DNA of 64,000 nucleotides from Acidimicrobiales bacterium (GTDB lineage Bacteria; Actinomycetota; Acidimicrobiia; Acidimicrobiales; SZUA-35), in contig JBKDZN010000057.1 in NCBI GenBank assembly GCA_047971245.1, forward strand, positions 4,716 to 68,715, in the 5' to 3' direction. The position numbers were made by a program, and so were the translations under genes. This document shows positions 35,639-44,467 of this stretch, piece by piece; within the stretch, counting starts at the first letter, position 1; each line of letters begins with the position of its first letter. The notes under the pieces were generated by a model. That model saw only the letters and a program-made list of their open reading frames with translations. It was not told where the DNA came from and did not search any database.

Positions 35639-36304
35639 ATGTCCTGGTTCCGAAAAACCGAGACCGGTCTCGACCGGATCGCCCAACAGACCGTGGCGAT
35701 GCTGGGCGACGCCCGTCACTCGTTCGACCTGGCGTCCACCGCGGTGCTGTCGGGGGCCGATCCGGCCACGATCGGTCACGACATCGAGGCCACCGACGCC
35801 CGGATCAACGAGACCGAGCTCCAGCTCCGCTCCGAACTCGTGGTCCACGTGGCGGTGCGGGGCAATGCCGACATCGGTGCGGTGCTGGGCTACATGCTGC
35901 TCATCAAGAAGGTGGAGCGCATCGGCGACCAGGCCAAGAACATCTTCGACCTGGCCTCGGAGGGAGTCTCGCTGGCCGGGGCGGAAGACCTCGACGAGTT
36001 CCTGGCCCGGCGGGACGAGATCTCCCGGATGTATGTGGAAGCTGCCGAGCTGCTCGCCAACGAGGACGAGGAACGAGCCCGAGCATTCCTGGCTCGCACC
36101 GCGGTCATCAACGAGGAATGCGCAGTCCTGATCGCTGACCTCATGCGCTCGGAACGACCGGGCTCCTGGGCGGTTCCCCGGGCCATGCTGTACCGGTACT
36201 GGAAGCGGATCGTGGCCAACCTGGCCGGTATCACCACCGCCGCCATCGAGCCGTTCCAGACCATGGATTACCTGGAGCACGGCGCGGTGGACATCGACGA
36301 TTGA
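35639..36304 (+). CDS. PhoU-domain protein (phosphate uptake regulator-like)
   Basis: Two helical repeats with VERIGDQAKNIFDLA and WKRIVANLAGI. Lies directly downstream of the Na/Pi transporter. Confidence 0.75.
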   Translation: MSWFRKTETGLDRIAQQTVAMLGDARHSFDLASTAVLSGADPATIGHDIEATDARINETELQLRSELVVHVAVRGNADIGAVLGYMLLIKKVERIGDQAKNIFDLASEGVSLAGAEDLDEFLARRDEISRMYVEAAELLANEDEERARAFLARTAVINEECAVLIADLMRSERPGSWAVPRAMLYRYWKRIVANLAGITTAAIEPFQTMDYLEHGAVDIDD

Positions 36305-36513
36305 GGCCGCCCGTCGTCGGGACGAGTCGGTCGCCGGGGTTCAGGGTTGGGGACGGATGATCACGGGGTGTGACGAGGATCGGTGCAGAATCCTGAACGC
36401 GTCGCCCTCGCGTGCTGGTCCCTCTCAGCTCAGATAGGACGGGCCATAGGCCCGCCAGGGATCACTCGAACGGAGTGTGGAGGCGTTGCGTTCGAGGAAG
36501 CCTTGTTGCCTTG

Positions 36514-36921
36514 CTATCCCTGATCTGCCCTTGTCACGATGCCGTCGTCGTCAACGAGAATGACCAGGCGGGCAGGGTCCGACTTGCCGTCTACCCCATC
36601 ATTGGGGCCAGCGACCGAGACGTCAGTGAACCCTTGGGCCTCAGCCCACGCGACAGCATCGGCCGCCGGCCTGCCTTCAAGTCCGCTGAGGTCCAGCGGA
36701 GGATCGTAGAAGGCAGTCGGGGGGGTTGGAACATCGTCAGGTAAGGGCCGGGTCACCTCGGTCGCGGTGTCTTCGGGGCCGGATTGTGCTGTATTGACTT
36801 CAGCTGACGAGTCGTTCTGATTATTGTCGCTCCCACATGCCCCAGCGGATAGCAGCGCCACGAGGGCTACAGAGCGGATCAGCATCGCGCGGGTGATCAT
36901 CCCGAGTCGCTCCCTTGACAT
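36514..36921 (-). CDS. Small lipoprotein with an I78-like peptidase-inhibitor C-terminal domain
   Basis: Lipobox LLSAGAC. The C-terminus LEGRPAADAVAWAEAQGFTDVSVAGPNDGVDGKSDPARLVILVDDDGIVTRADQG fits my recollection of the I78 pattern (G.PA...A....G...VRV..PG...T.D....RLN..VD..G.V..V..G). Lower GC than the surroundings. Confidence 0.5.
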   Translation of the reverse strand: MSRERLGMITRAMLIRSVALVALLSAGACGSDNNQNDSSAEVNTAQSGPEDTATEVTRPLPDDVPTPPTAFYDPPLDLSGLEGRPAADAVAWAEAQGFTDVSVAGPNDGVDGKSDPARLVILVDDDGIVTRADQG

Positions 36922-36930
36922 GGTCGGTCG

Positions 36931-37899
36931 TTAGCTGAACCCGACGGGGGCCGTCAGATTGAATGCGGCTGGCAGATACCCAACGTGGCTGTATTCGATG
37001 TTGGTCCGGCATGCCTGTCCGTTGACAGTGGGGAGCGTTCCGCCTCGCTGGCCCTTATACACGCCTGAGTACCAGCAGGCTCTCCAGATCGTGCCCCCAC
37101 TGTCGCCAGGACATCCGTTGGCTGTCGCCTCACGAATCCCGTAGAACCAGCTTCCGGAGCGTGAGAATTGCAAGTCTCGATTGATGAGAGTGCCGCACTC
37201 GATCACGTTCTGGTTCCATGCAGGATCGGGAGCCCGTTGAGACGTCGTGTACCCGGAATGGCAGACCCAGTCCCCTTCCATGTCTCCGCCACTCGTGTCT
37301 GTCGCCCATGTCGGTGTCCATTGCCACCAGCCGAGGTTGTGCCAGATGTAGTTGTGTGCATCTGAGTTGGTGGCGGACCGTGGGGAGTCAGATTGGTAGG
37401 TCGAGTCCAGCGGCCATACCGCTACATCAGTTTCGGCGCCGTACCGGATTCTCGCTTGGCCGCTAGCGATTGTCGTCCATGGCTGCCTGAGGTCATTGTC
37501 CGAGGTGACAACCGTCCACCAGATCCCACCCCAGGTGTTCGGCGTGGAACTCCAGTCGGCCTGCGGTACGCAGTGCCCAGCAGTGACCGCATATCGGACC
37601 TGGACCGTCCCAAACGGCGTCCACACGTTCGCATACCAAGGAGCTGCGGACGTACAGTCGCCACCACCCGCTCGATATCTTAGCCCTCCTAACTGCACGG
37701 TCTGAAGGTCTTCTCGGCCGATTCCGTCCTCACCGTAGTCATCCTCGGTCGCTGATCTGATGACGACGTGCTGCAAGTTCGGAACATCGCTGAGCAGCTC
37801 TCGAACTTCGGGTCGGCCTCGTGGTCCGGTAGACAACAGTTCCGGCGAACCGATCCCATATCGTGCGCCTCGACCGATCCAGGGCGAGCAGGAGCGCAC
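36931..37899 (-). CDS. S1-family (streptogrisin / alpha-lytic type) serine protease without a recognisable signal peptide or pro-region
   Basis: Catalytic triad motifs AVTAGHC, TDVAVWPL and CPGDSGGTIW, plus CHSGYTTS...ECGTL. The start is unresolved: ATG 37899 overlaps the upstream gene by 161 nt, and the alternatives are TTG 37776 and GTG 37698. GC is noticeably lower. Confidence 0.75.
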   Translation of the reverse strand: MRSCSPWIGRGARYGIGSPELLSTGPRGRPEVRELLSDVPNLQHVVIRSATEDDYGEDGIGREDLQTVQLGGLRYRAGGGDCTSAAPWYANVWTPFGTVQVRYAVTAGHCVPQADWSSTPNTWGGIWWTVVTSDNDLRQPWTTIASGQARIRYGAETDVAVWPLDSTYQSDSPRSATNSDAHNYIWHNLGWWQWTPTWATDTSGGDMEGDWVCHSGYTTSQRAPDPAWNQNVIECGTLINRDLQFSRSGSWFYGIREATANGCPGDSGGTIWRACWYSGVYKGQRGGTLPTVNGQACRTNIEYSHVGYLPAAFNLTAPVGFS

Positions 37900-39034
37900 T
37901 GAGACCGAGGATCAGGAGGATGCCGAACTGGGCCATGGATTCGACGAATACCGCCCGGTCCGAATCGTCGAACAGGCCGAGGGTGATGCCGTCGTACGCG
38001 GCCATCATCAGGGCGATGAAACCGAGGCGGCGGGCGATCCTGGGCAGTCGTTCCAACCGGGCCGCCTCGAGCCCGACCTGCAAACCCAGTAACCGCTTGC
38101 CGATCGTCGCCGACCAGCCCACGAGGCAGACCGCCTCGTACAACAGCCCCATGCCGTAGACGCTGTAGGTCCGGCCCAAGATCTGCGGTGCCTCGACCCC
38201 CGGGCCTGGCCCGATCGAGTGCGAGTCGTCGATCGGGCCCATGTCGCCGGTGGCGACCAAGCCCAAGGCGGCGAACGCGGCCACACCGAGCAGCACGACC
38301 ATGATGTCGATCACCGGTGGCGCGCCGGGCCTGCGAGCCAGGATGGTCCGCTCGGGTGCGGTGGCCGTCGCGTGCTCCGTGCGCGTTGGCCGGGCCCCCG
38401 GGCGATCGGACATGCCGGAGGCCACGAACCGGAAGAACTCCTCGACCGTGATCAGCAGGTCGCCGTCGTAGTCGGCGGCCGGTGATCTGAGGGCGTCCGC
38501 GGCCAGGCTGATCAGGCCGACGTCGGCACCGGAGGGATTCCTTGTCGCGCTGATGACGGTGTGGCCGGCCATCGGGTCGGACACGACCGGAAGGGTTGTG
38601 CGACCGACCTGCCCGGCGGCGGCCGGCTCCCGAATCTGGAGGGCGACGTCCAGCAGCAGGAGACAGTTGCTGCTGCGGCATTGCCGGAGGAGTTTGTCGA
38701 CGGTACTCAGGTGGATCGCGGTGGACTCCAGCCGCGCCGGATCGGTCTGCGTCGTCTCCAGGTACGGCTCTCGGTGGCCGTCGAAGACCACGCCCCCGGC
38801 GATGACCAGGAGTAGGACGTCGCTCCGCTGCCGGTTCAGGAGCAGGTGACCCAGCTGGGCCGAGACGGCGCGGGCCTCGTCGAGCGGTTTCCACGCCACC
38901 TCGAAGCCCCCGATGTCATCCTCGCCGAGCAACCCAGCGAGCTGCTCCGGCGAGCCGTCCCGCTGGGCCCAGCCGCCGGTCAGGAGCAGGCAGTCACGGC
39001 TGCCCGGATGGGCCACCCGATTCGCTTGACCCAT
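37739..39034 (-). CDS. Caspase-like (C14 fold) domain with substituted catalytic dyad, fused to a C-terminal RDD membrane domain
   Basis: ATG 39034 behind GGAGGAG. DVLLLVIAGGVVFDG sits where C14 peptidases carry SGHG, and NCLLLLDVALQ where they carry D(A/C)C. After a TM segment, the RDD-type signatures are ATIGKRLLGLQV and RTIWDRFAGTVV. Confidence 0.6.
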   Translation of the reverse strand: MGQANRVAHPGSRDCLLLTGGWAQRDGSPEQLAGLLGEDDIGGFEVAWKPLDEARAVSAQLGHLLLNRQRSDVLLLVIAGGVVFDGHREPYLETTQTDPARLESTAIHLSTVDKLLRQCRSSNCLLLLDVALQIREPAAAGQVGRTTLPVVSDPMAGHTVISATRNPSGADVGLISLAADALRSPAADYDGDLLITVEEFFRFVASGMSDRPGARPTRTEHATATAPERTILARRPGAPPVIDIMVVLLGVAAFAALGLVATGDMGPIDDSHSIGPGPGVEAPQILGRTYSVYGMGLLYEAVCLVGWSATIGKRLLGLQVGLEAARLERLPRIARRLGFIALMMAAYDGITLGLFDDSDRAVFVESMAQFGILLILGLSALLLALDRSRRTIWDRFAGTVVYRTTRPTRSSRAAQRCSELAARRHQISDRG

Positions 39035-39284
39035 CCCGACTCCTCCGCTCCACCCCGGTCGTTCGCCGGATGTCGACACCGTCGCGCCTGGCTCGCAACG
39101 AACCGGCAACATGAGCACCGGATGGGTTCCGTCGATGCCTGTCTGGTCGGACCGCGGGCGCCTGAGGCCCGGATGGGTGATCGAGCCCGCCCCACGACCA
39201 CCCCGGACCTTGGGCCGGGTACGGCCGCTCCGGGGCGCCGACACCCCGGTACGCCGCGGTTCCGTGGGCGGTGGTCGTCATAGT

Positions 39285-40037
39285 ATGGTCGCGAGTCACC
39301 GCCGCGGGCCGCCTGCTCGCTCCCGGAAGGACACGGAGGAATGGGTGGCGGAGTATGAGCATCACGTCGACCCGATCGGGGCCAGACCTCAGCTGAAGGA
39401 TCTCGCGTTCGAACGGTTGCGGGAGTTCATCGTCACCGGCCGGCTCGCCCCGGGCGAGACCATCCGCGAAGCGGCCTGGTCGGCTCATTTGGGGGTGAGC
39501 AAGACACCCATCCGGGAGGCGTTCGTCCGCTTGGAGCAGGAGGGCTTCGTACGGCTCGAGCCCTACCGCGGTGCCATCGTGAGCGGGTATGACGCCAACG
39601 ACATCGATGAGATCTTCGAGGTCCGCGAGATCCTTGAGGGAGCCATGGCCCGCCGGGTGGCCCAGACCAAACCCGCTGGGATCATCGACCGGCTCCAAGC
39701 CAATCTGAGCTGTGGCGAGGCCGCGTTGTCCGCCGGCGACCATGAGGAGGCCGGCGTGGCCATGCACCGCTTCGACACCATCCTTTTCAGTGATATCGGC
39801 AACGCCCGCCTCGAAGCCGTGATCGACCAGATCCGCAGCCATGTCCAACGCATCGGGTGTCTTGCCGCGCCCGAGAAGATCGATCGGATCGAAGACGCTC
39901 TGCTTCACCAGCGGGGAATCATCGAGGCCATCGCCAACGGTCGGCCGGCCGCGGCGGAACGGTTGATGCGGCAACACGTTCGCGCCGTGAAGTCGAATGC
40001 CGTGACCGGTATGCGGGCCTCGGGAACCCTGGACTGA
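39285..40037 (+). CDS. GntR-family transcriptional regulator (FadR/FCD subfamily)
   Basis: wHTH LAFERLREFIVTGRLAPGETIREAAWSAHLGVSKTPIREAFVRLEQEGFV followed by an all-helical FCD-like domain. Confidence 0.85.
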   Translation: MVASHRRGPPARSRKDTEEWVAEYEHHVDPIGARPQLKDLAFERLREFIVTGRLAPGETIREAAWSAHLGVSKTPIREAFVRLEQEGFVRLEPYRGAIVSGYDANDIDEIFEVREILEGAMARRVAQTKPAGIIDRLQANLSCGEAALSAGDHEEAGVAMHRFDTILFSDIGNARLEAVIDQIRSHVQRIGCLAAPEKIDRIEDALLHQRGIIEAIANGRPAAAERLMRQHVRAVKSNAVTGMRASGTLD

Positions 40038-40175
40038 GCCGCAGGCCGTCGTCCAGTCCTGTCCCCGGCTCCGGGCCCCGGTCGCGGTGAGCATCAGGAA
40101 CTCCTGACCGGCTGCTAACGGCCGTGAAACCCGCCCGACATCTTCCCCGGCCATCCTCGGCCGGGTGGTCATACA

Positions 40176-40185
40176 TGAGATCTCA
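40176..40185. promoter_or_regulatory. AT-rich palindromic operator candidate upstream of the ABC permease gene
   Basis: TGAGATCTCA is a perfect 10-bp palindrome, 24 nt before the ATG at 40209. The same core recurs at 44336-44345. Confidence 0.4.
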
Positions 40186-40208
40186 GATTCGATCCTGGAT
40201 GGGCGGCC

Positions 40209-41219
40209 ATGGATCTGATCCGCCTGGTCGGTGTGCGGGTGCTGCTGGTGGTGCCGATCATGGTCGGGGTCGCCACCCTCACCTTCTTCATCACCCGGGT
40301 GTTGGCCGGCGATCCGACTGGTCTGTACGTGCCGGTCAACGCCACCGACGAGTTCCGGGACCAGGTCCGGGCCGATCTCGGCCTGGACCAGCCTCTGGCG
40401 GTCCAGTACCGGGACTTCGTCTCGGGATTCACCCGGGGTGATCTGGGGACTTCCGCCACCACCCGTCGGCCGGTCCTCGACGACCTCCTCGACCGGTTAC
40501 CGGCCACCGCCGAGCTCGCCCTCGCGTCCCTGGTCATCGCCGTGGTGATCGGGATCCCGGTCGGGGTGATCGCCGCGGTGAAGCAGGATTCGGCCGTCGA
40601 CTTCGCCCTCCGGGGTGTGACGTTGGTCGGCATGGCCCTGCCATCGTTCTGGCTCGGCTTGGTCCTGCTGCTCGTCTTCTTCGTGAACCTCGGCTGGTTG
40701 CCCGGCCCGGTCGGCCGCCTCCCCATCGGCGCCGCCCCGCCTCCCCAGGTCACCGGGCTGTTCACCGTCGACGCCCTCCTGGCCGGGCAGTTCGGCACCT
40801 GGTGGCAGGCAACCCGCCATCTGATCCTGCCGGCGGTCACGCTCGGTCTCGTCGGTCTGGCTCCGATCGCCCGGGTGGCACGCAACGAGATGGTCGATGC
40901 CCTGGCCTCGCCCTACATCCGCACCGCTCACGCCACCGGGATCCGTCCCTGGCGCATCTACCTGGTCTACGCCCTGCGGAACGCCCTGCTCCCGGTGGTC
41001 ACCATGATCGGCGGCGTGGTCGGCTTCCTGTTCTCCGGCGCCATCCTGGTGGAGAGCATCTTCGGCTGGCCCGGTCTCGGCCAGTACGCCCTGGCGGCGA
41101 TCTCCCGTTCCGACTTCGACGCACTCCAGGGGTTCGTCCTGTGGAGCGCGGGCCTGTTCGTGCTCACCTACCTGGTCGTCGACGTCCTGTACCTCGTCAT
41201 CGATCCCCGGACCCGGTGA
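40209..41219 (+). CDS. ABC transporter permease (peptide/nickel DppB/OppB type)
   Basis: N-terminus RVLLVVPIMVGVATLTFFITRVLAGDP and an EAA-loop region ARVARNEMVDALASPYIRTAHATG. Confidence 0.9.
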   Translation: MDLIRLVGVRVLLVVPIMVGVATLTFFITRVLAGDPTGLYVPVNATDEFRDQVRADLGLDQPLAVQYRDFVSGFTRGDLGTSATTRRPVLDDLLDRLPATAELALASLVIAVVIGIPVGVIAAVKQDSAVDFALRGVTLVGMALPSFWLGLVLLLVFFVNLGWLPGPVGRLPIGAAPPPQVTGLFTVDALLAGQFGTWWQATRHLILPAVTLGLVGLAPIARVARNEMVDALASPYIRTAHATGIRPWRIYLVYALRNALLPVVTMIGGVVGFLFSGAILVESIFGWPGLGQYALAAISRSDFDALQGFVLWSAGLFVLTYLVVDVLYLVIDPRTR

Positions 41220-41268
41220 CGGTCCACCTCCCGACGCGCGGTCGGGACCTTCCCGTGAAGGAGTCGTC

Positions 41269-42150
41269 ATGAGCGTCGCCGCCGACGCCCCCACCCGACC
41301 CGCCGTCAACACCCCCGCCCGGTCGAGCCGGTCGGCGGCCTGGCGGTCGCCGAGCATGACCGTGGGCCTCGCCGTGGTCGCCGTCTACGTTCTCGTGGCC
41401 GTGGCCAGCCTGATCTGGACCCCGTTCGACCCCGATCGGCTGGGGGCGGGGACCCCGTTCTCCCCGCCGGACGGTACCCACTGGTTCGGTACCGACCGGT
41501 TGGGTTCCGACGTGTTCTCCCGGACCATGGTGGCCACCCGGATCGATCTCGTCATCACCCTTGCCTCAGTGGCGATCGCCCTGGTGGTCGGCACCGTGCT
41601 CGGTGTGGTTGCCGGTACCCGAGGGGGCTGGATCGACGGTGTCGTCATGCGGGCCACCGACGTTCTGCAGTCGTTCCCCACCCTGCTGCTGGCCATGTTG
41701 ACCGTCGTGGCTCTCGGGGCCGGCGTCGCCAACGTGATCATCGTCCTGGCGTTCGTCGGCCTTCCCTACTACGTGCGCTTGGCCCGGGCCGAGATCCTGG
41801 CCAAGCGGTCCAGCCAGTTCGCCGACGCCGCCCGACTGGCCGGCAACTCCTCCTGGGCCGTGTCGTTCCGCCATTTGCTGCCCAACTCGCTCGGCCCCCT
41901 GCTGGCGTACACGTCGGTCAACACCTCCTGGGTCGTGCTGGTGACCGCCAGTCTCGGGTACCTCGGGGTGGGCATCGAACCGGGCCGCTCGGAGTGGGGG
42001 GCCATGATCAGCCGGGGCCAGGGGCAGATCACCACCGGCGAATGGTGGATATCCCTCTTCCCGGGCCTGGCCGTACTGGGGCTCTCGGCCGCCTTCTATC
42101 TCCTCGGGGACGGCCTGCGGGACCTCAACGATCCGAGAGGACGTCGCTGA
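41269..42150 (+). CDS. ABC transporter permease (DppC/OppC type)
   Basis: HWFGTDRLGSDVFSR, YYVRLARAEILAKRSSQFADAARLAG and a C-terminal GDGLRDLNDPR. Confidence 0.9.
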   Translation: MSVAADAPTRPAVNTPARSSRSAAWRSPSMTVGLAVVAVYVLVAVASLIWTPFDPDRLGAGTPFSPPDGTHWFGTDRLGSDVFSRTMVATRIDLVITLASVAIALVVGTVLGVVAGTRGGWIDGVVMRATDVLQSFPTLLLAMLTVVALGAGVANVIIVLAFVGLPYYVRLARAEILAKRSSQFADAARLAGNSSWAVSFRHLLPNSLGPLLAYTSVNTSWVVLVTASLGYLGVGIEPGRSEWGAMISRGQGQITTGEWWISLFPGLAVLGLSAAFYLLGDGLRDLNDPRGRR

Positions 42151-43214
42151 TGTCGACCGGTCGTTCAACTGCGGTCCCGTCGGGTTCCGTCGGGCCGTCC
42201 ACCGCCACCGATCCGGAGGCGCCTTCCACGGAGACCGACGACGTGATCGCTCGGTTCGACGACGTGCAGGGCCATTTCGCGACCCGCTCGGGTGATCTTC
42301 ACGCCTTGCGGGGTGTGACCTTTCCCATCAGGAGAGGGGCGATCACCGGTCTGGTCGGTGAGACGGGCTCCGGGAAGTCGGTGGTCGCCCGACTGCTACT
42401 CGGCATGAGCGATGACAACTTCCAGCTCGATGGCGGACGGGTCCTGGTGGACGGGACCGACGTCTTGCAGCTGCCGAACCGGGAGCGGCGGGCCCTGCGG
42501 GGTCGGACGGTGTCGATGGTCTTCCAGGACGCGAAGTCGGCCCTCAACCCCGTCTTCTCGGTGGGGGAGCAGCTGTCCCGACCGCTGCGTGAGCGGAACC
42601 GGGCCGGCCGGCGTGACGCATGGGCGGCCGCGGTCGATCTCCTGGAACGGGTGCGGATACCCGAGCCGGAACGGCGGGCTCACCAGTACGCCCATCAGTT
42701 CTCGGGTGGCATGGCGCAGCGGGCCATGATCGCCCTGGGGCTGGTGCAGACGCCGGACCTGGTCGTGCTCGACGAGCCGACCACCGGGTTGGACGTCACG
42801 ATCCAGGCCGAGGTGCTCGACCTGATCCGGGAGCTGGGGGCCACGAACCAGACCACGGCCCTGCTGATCACCCATGACCTCGGGGTGGTGGCCGAGACCT
42901 GTGACCATGTGGCGGTCATGTACGCCGGCCGGTGCGTCGAGTACGGATCGGTCCAGGAGATCTTCGACGATCCCGCCCACCCCTACACCCGCGAGCTGCT
43001 GCGGGCGTGCCGGAGCGTCGAACTGGACGAGGGCGAGCTGATCAGCATCCCCGGGGTCGTTCCGGATCTTCGGCGACCGCCGGTCGGTTGCGCCTTCGCC
43101 GAGCGTTGCCCCGACCGGTTGGAGGTCTGCGACCGCGAACCGCCGACGATCGGGATCGGCGGGGACAGGACCGTCATCTGCCATCGTTCTGCCGACCGGG
43201 GAGGCCCGCGTTGA
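42150..43214 (+). CDS. ABC transporter ATP-binding protein (DppD/OppD type)
   Basis: [37 protein letters not shown] and a C-terminal oligopeptide-type extension with Cys residues. The start overlaps the permease stop. Confidence 0.9.
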   Translation: MSTGRSTAVPSGSVGPSTATDPEAPSTETDDVIARFDDVQGHFATRSGDLHALRGVTFPIRRGAITGLVGETGSGKSVVARLLLGMSDDNFQLDGGRVLVDGTDVLQLPNRERRALRGRTVSMVFQDAKSALNPVFSVGEQLSRPLRERNRAGRRDAWAAAVDLLERVRIPEPERRAHQYAHQFSGGMAQRAMIALGLVQTPDLVVLDEPTTGLDVTIQAEVLDLIRELGATNQTTALLITHDLGVVAETCDHVAVMYAGRCVEYGSVQEIFDDPAHPYTRELLRACRSVELDEGELISIPGVVPDLRRPPVGCAFAERCPDRLEVCDREPPTIGIGGDRTVICHRSADRGGPR

Positions 43215-43228
43215 CCGAGGCCACCGCC

Positions 43229-44338
43229 ATGGATGACCGGACCGCCCCGGATTCCGAGACCGAGACCGGACCATTGCTGTCGGTACGGGGGCTCCGCAAG
43301 GTGTTCGACGTCGGGTCCCTGTTCCGGAGGCGGTCGTTGGTGGCTGTCGACGGGGTCGATCTCGACATCGAGCCGGGGGCCTCGCTCGGCCTGGTCGGTG
43401 AGTCCGGTTCGGGTAAGTCGACGCTGGTTCGCTGTGTCATGAACCTGGAGGGGCCGACGGAGGGGACGATCCGGTTCGACGGTCGTGACGTGGGCCGCCT
43501 CAGCGAGCGTGAACGGCTGGAGCTCTACCGCGATATCCAGATGGTGTTCCAGGATCCCCTGGAGTCGTTGAACCCCCGCCGTACGGTCGAGCAGACCATC
43601 GCCGAACCGTTGCGCCGCCACTCCGGGGTCGACCATCGTGCCGCCCGCGACCGGGTGCGGGAGCTTCTCGACCTCGTCGGTCTGGCCGACGCCCACCTCG
43701 ATCGGTACCCCCACGAACTGTCGGGCGGCCAGCGGCAGCGGGTCGGTATCGCCCGGGCGCTGGCCCCCGAACCCCGGTTGCTCGTGCTCGACGAACCGAC
43801 GGCATCGCTCGACGTGTCGGTCCGGGGTCAGATCCTCAATCTGCTGCTCGACCTGCAGCAGCGACTGGGTCTCGCCTATCTCTTCGTCAGCCACGATCTG
43901 GCCACGGTCCGTCGGGTCACCGACCGGGTCCTGGTCCTCTACCTCGGCCGGGTGCTGGAGTCCGGGCCGTCTCCCGCCGTGTTACGCGAACCGCTCCACC
44001 CCTATACCCAGGCCTTGCTCTCGGCGGCTCCGGTGCCCGAGTACGGACCTCGGCGTGAGCGGGTCCGGCTGGAGGGGGAGATCCCGTCGCCGCTGTCCCT
44101 CCCACCCGGCTGCCGCCTCGTGGGTCGTTGCCCGCTCGAGGTGCCGGAATGCGCCACCTCGCATCCCGACCTCGGCGGCGCCGACGGCGCTGGTGCGGTC
44201 GATGGCGGTCATCAGGTGGCCTGCCATGTGATCCGGCGACCGTCGTTGGCCCAGCTCCAATCGCCGGTGCGCCCGGTCCCGGTGGACTCCGAGCCCGATC
44301 CCGACGAGGCGTCGAGCGGACCAGGTTCGACTAAATGA
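43229..44338 (+). CDS. ABC transporter ATP-binding protein (DppF/OppF type)
   Basis: [28 protein letters not shown] and [12 protein letters not shown]. The alternative TTG start at 43211 would overlap the previous stop. Confidence 0.9.
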   Translation: MDDRTAPDSETETGPLLSVRGLRKVFDVGSLFRRRSLVAVDGVDLDIEPGASLGLVGESGSGKSTLVRCVMNLEGPTEGTIRFDGRDVGRLSERERLELYRDIQMVFQDPLESLNPRRTVEQTIAEPLRRHSGVDHRAARDRVRELLDLVGLADAHLDRYPHELSGGQRQRVGIARALAPEPRLLVLDEPTASLDVSVRGQILNLLLDLQQRLGLAYLFVSHDLATVRRVTDRVLVLYLGRVLESGPSPAVLREPLHPYTQALLSAAPVPEYGPRRERVRLEGEIPSPLSLPPGCRLVGRCPLEVPECATSHPDLGGADGAGAVDGGHQVACHVIRRPSLAQLQSPVRPVPVDSEPDPDEASSGPGSTK

Positions 44339-44346
44339 GATCTCAT
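44335..44346. promoter_or_regulatory. Second copy of the palindromic operator candidate, upstream of the binding-protein gene
   Basis: ATGAGATCTCAT is a perfect 12-bp palindrome straddling the stop of the ATPase gene. It is followed by ATCTGA-tatg-TCAGAT (44346-44361). Confidence 0.4.
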
Positions 44347-44467
44347 ATCTGATATGTCAGATTTGGACCAGAAGGTGGCAACCGGATCCCCACGGAGCGG
44401 AAACCGGGACGACACCGGCACCGCCGACACTCAGGGACGACGAGCACACCCACGCGAAGGAGACCTT

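Noticed and set aside
34136-36280. 714-aa minus-strand ORF
   Set aside because: It is antisense to the Na/Pi cotransporter and PhoU-like genes, both of which have clear family motifs. The translation is Arg/Gly/Asp-rich with no domain signature.
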